Below the pieces are notes generated by a model, which made no database searches, was not told the origin of the DNA, and worked only from the letters and a program-made list of their open reading frames with translations. A DNA stretch of 64,000 nucleotides from Escherichia coli (GTDB taxonomy: Bacteria > Pseudomonadota > Gammaproteobacteria > Enterobacterales > Enterobacteriaceae). The stretch lies in assembly GCF_048403405.1 (NCBI RefSeq), contig NZ_CP183129.1, one strand, 5' to 3'. Shown in pieces: positions 63,544 through 64,000 of this stretch. A program made the translations under genes and the position numbers. The stretch's first letter is position 1. Each line of letters opens with the position of its first letter.

Positions 63544-63561
63544 TTCTTACAGTTGTAAGAA
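63544..63561. promoter_or_regulatory. Perfect EvgA-box palindrome upstream of frc (ttcttaca gt tgtaagaa)
   Basis: Exact match to both half-sites of the EvgA consensus, about 250 bp upstream of the frc start. Confidence 0.55.
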
Positions 63562-63812
63562 TAACATCACAAATGTCGCGGCTCTCTCTGATTACCGCGA
63601 ACCAATATTTATCATATTCTTCTTTTCGTCCTCACTACTTACCATGCAGAAAGGAATTGGAAGTGGCGATGAAATGATTTTCAGCACTTGATACAGGAAT
63701 TTAAAAATATCGAGTGCAGCTACGACGATATTTTGCGGATTATTTATAGAGGGCGTTATGCCTTAAATAAACGCTAAATTAACATATATTTAATTAACTA
63801 ATAGGTATTGCT

Positions 63813-64000
63813 ATGTCAACTCCACTTCAAGGAATTAAAGTTCTCGATTTCACCGGTGTGCAATCTGGCCCATCTTGTACTCAGATGCTGGCCTGGTTTG
63901 GCGCTGACGTCATTAAAATTGAACGTCCCGGCGTTGGTGACGTAACGCGTCACCAGCTGCGAGATATTCCTGATATCGATGCGCTTTACTTCACCATGCT
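63813..64000 (+). CDS. frc: Frc, formyl-CoA:oxalate CoA-transferase (N-terminal part; continues past window end)
   Basis: Manual translation [63 protein letters not shown]; start position uncertain by 1 bp. Confidence 0.8.

Overview
Escherichia coli chromosomal segment, colinear with the K-12 eut–cys–pts–ligA–gltX–glk–fry–frc region but in reverse orientation. Gene order is eutG(3' end)-eutHABCLKR, hemF, amiA, ypeA, yfeZYX, murPQ/murR, ucpA, cysPUWAM, yfeK, pdxK, crr-ptsI-ptsH, cysK, cysZ, zipA, ligA, ypeB, yfeH, yfeR, tRNA-Lys/Val x3, gltX, yfeD, yfeC, tRNA-Ala x2, pdeA, nupC, mntH, ypeC, yfeO, glk, fryBC-ypdFE-fryA, ypdCBA, alaC, lpxP, yfdY, ypdI, yfdX, frc(5' end). Gene names and K-12 comparisons come from recognising the translated ORFs and from memory of the K-12 map, not from any search. 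The accessory content sits around yfeD: (1) an IS200/IS605-family element between gltX and yfeD with an intact TnpB and a TnpA interrupted by an in-frame stop; (2) an IS110-family, IS1111-type element (IS4321/IS5075-like) inserted exactly at a codon boundary inside yfeD, whose 3' non-coding region carries a 10-nt copy of the insertion-site sequence, consistent with a bridge/seek guide RNA. Other apparent differences from K-12: eutA-eutB contiguous (no CPZ-55 prophage), yfeW reduced to a 29-codon stub, xapABR-yfeN absent with a small Gln-rich coiled-coil ORF instead, no IS186 between pdeA and nupC, and a +1 frameshift in a G6 run splitting pdeA. Coordinates of non-ORF features were counted by hand and may be off by 1-3 bp.
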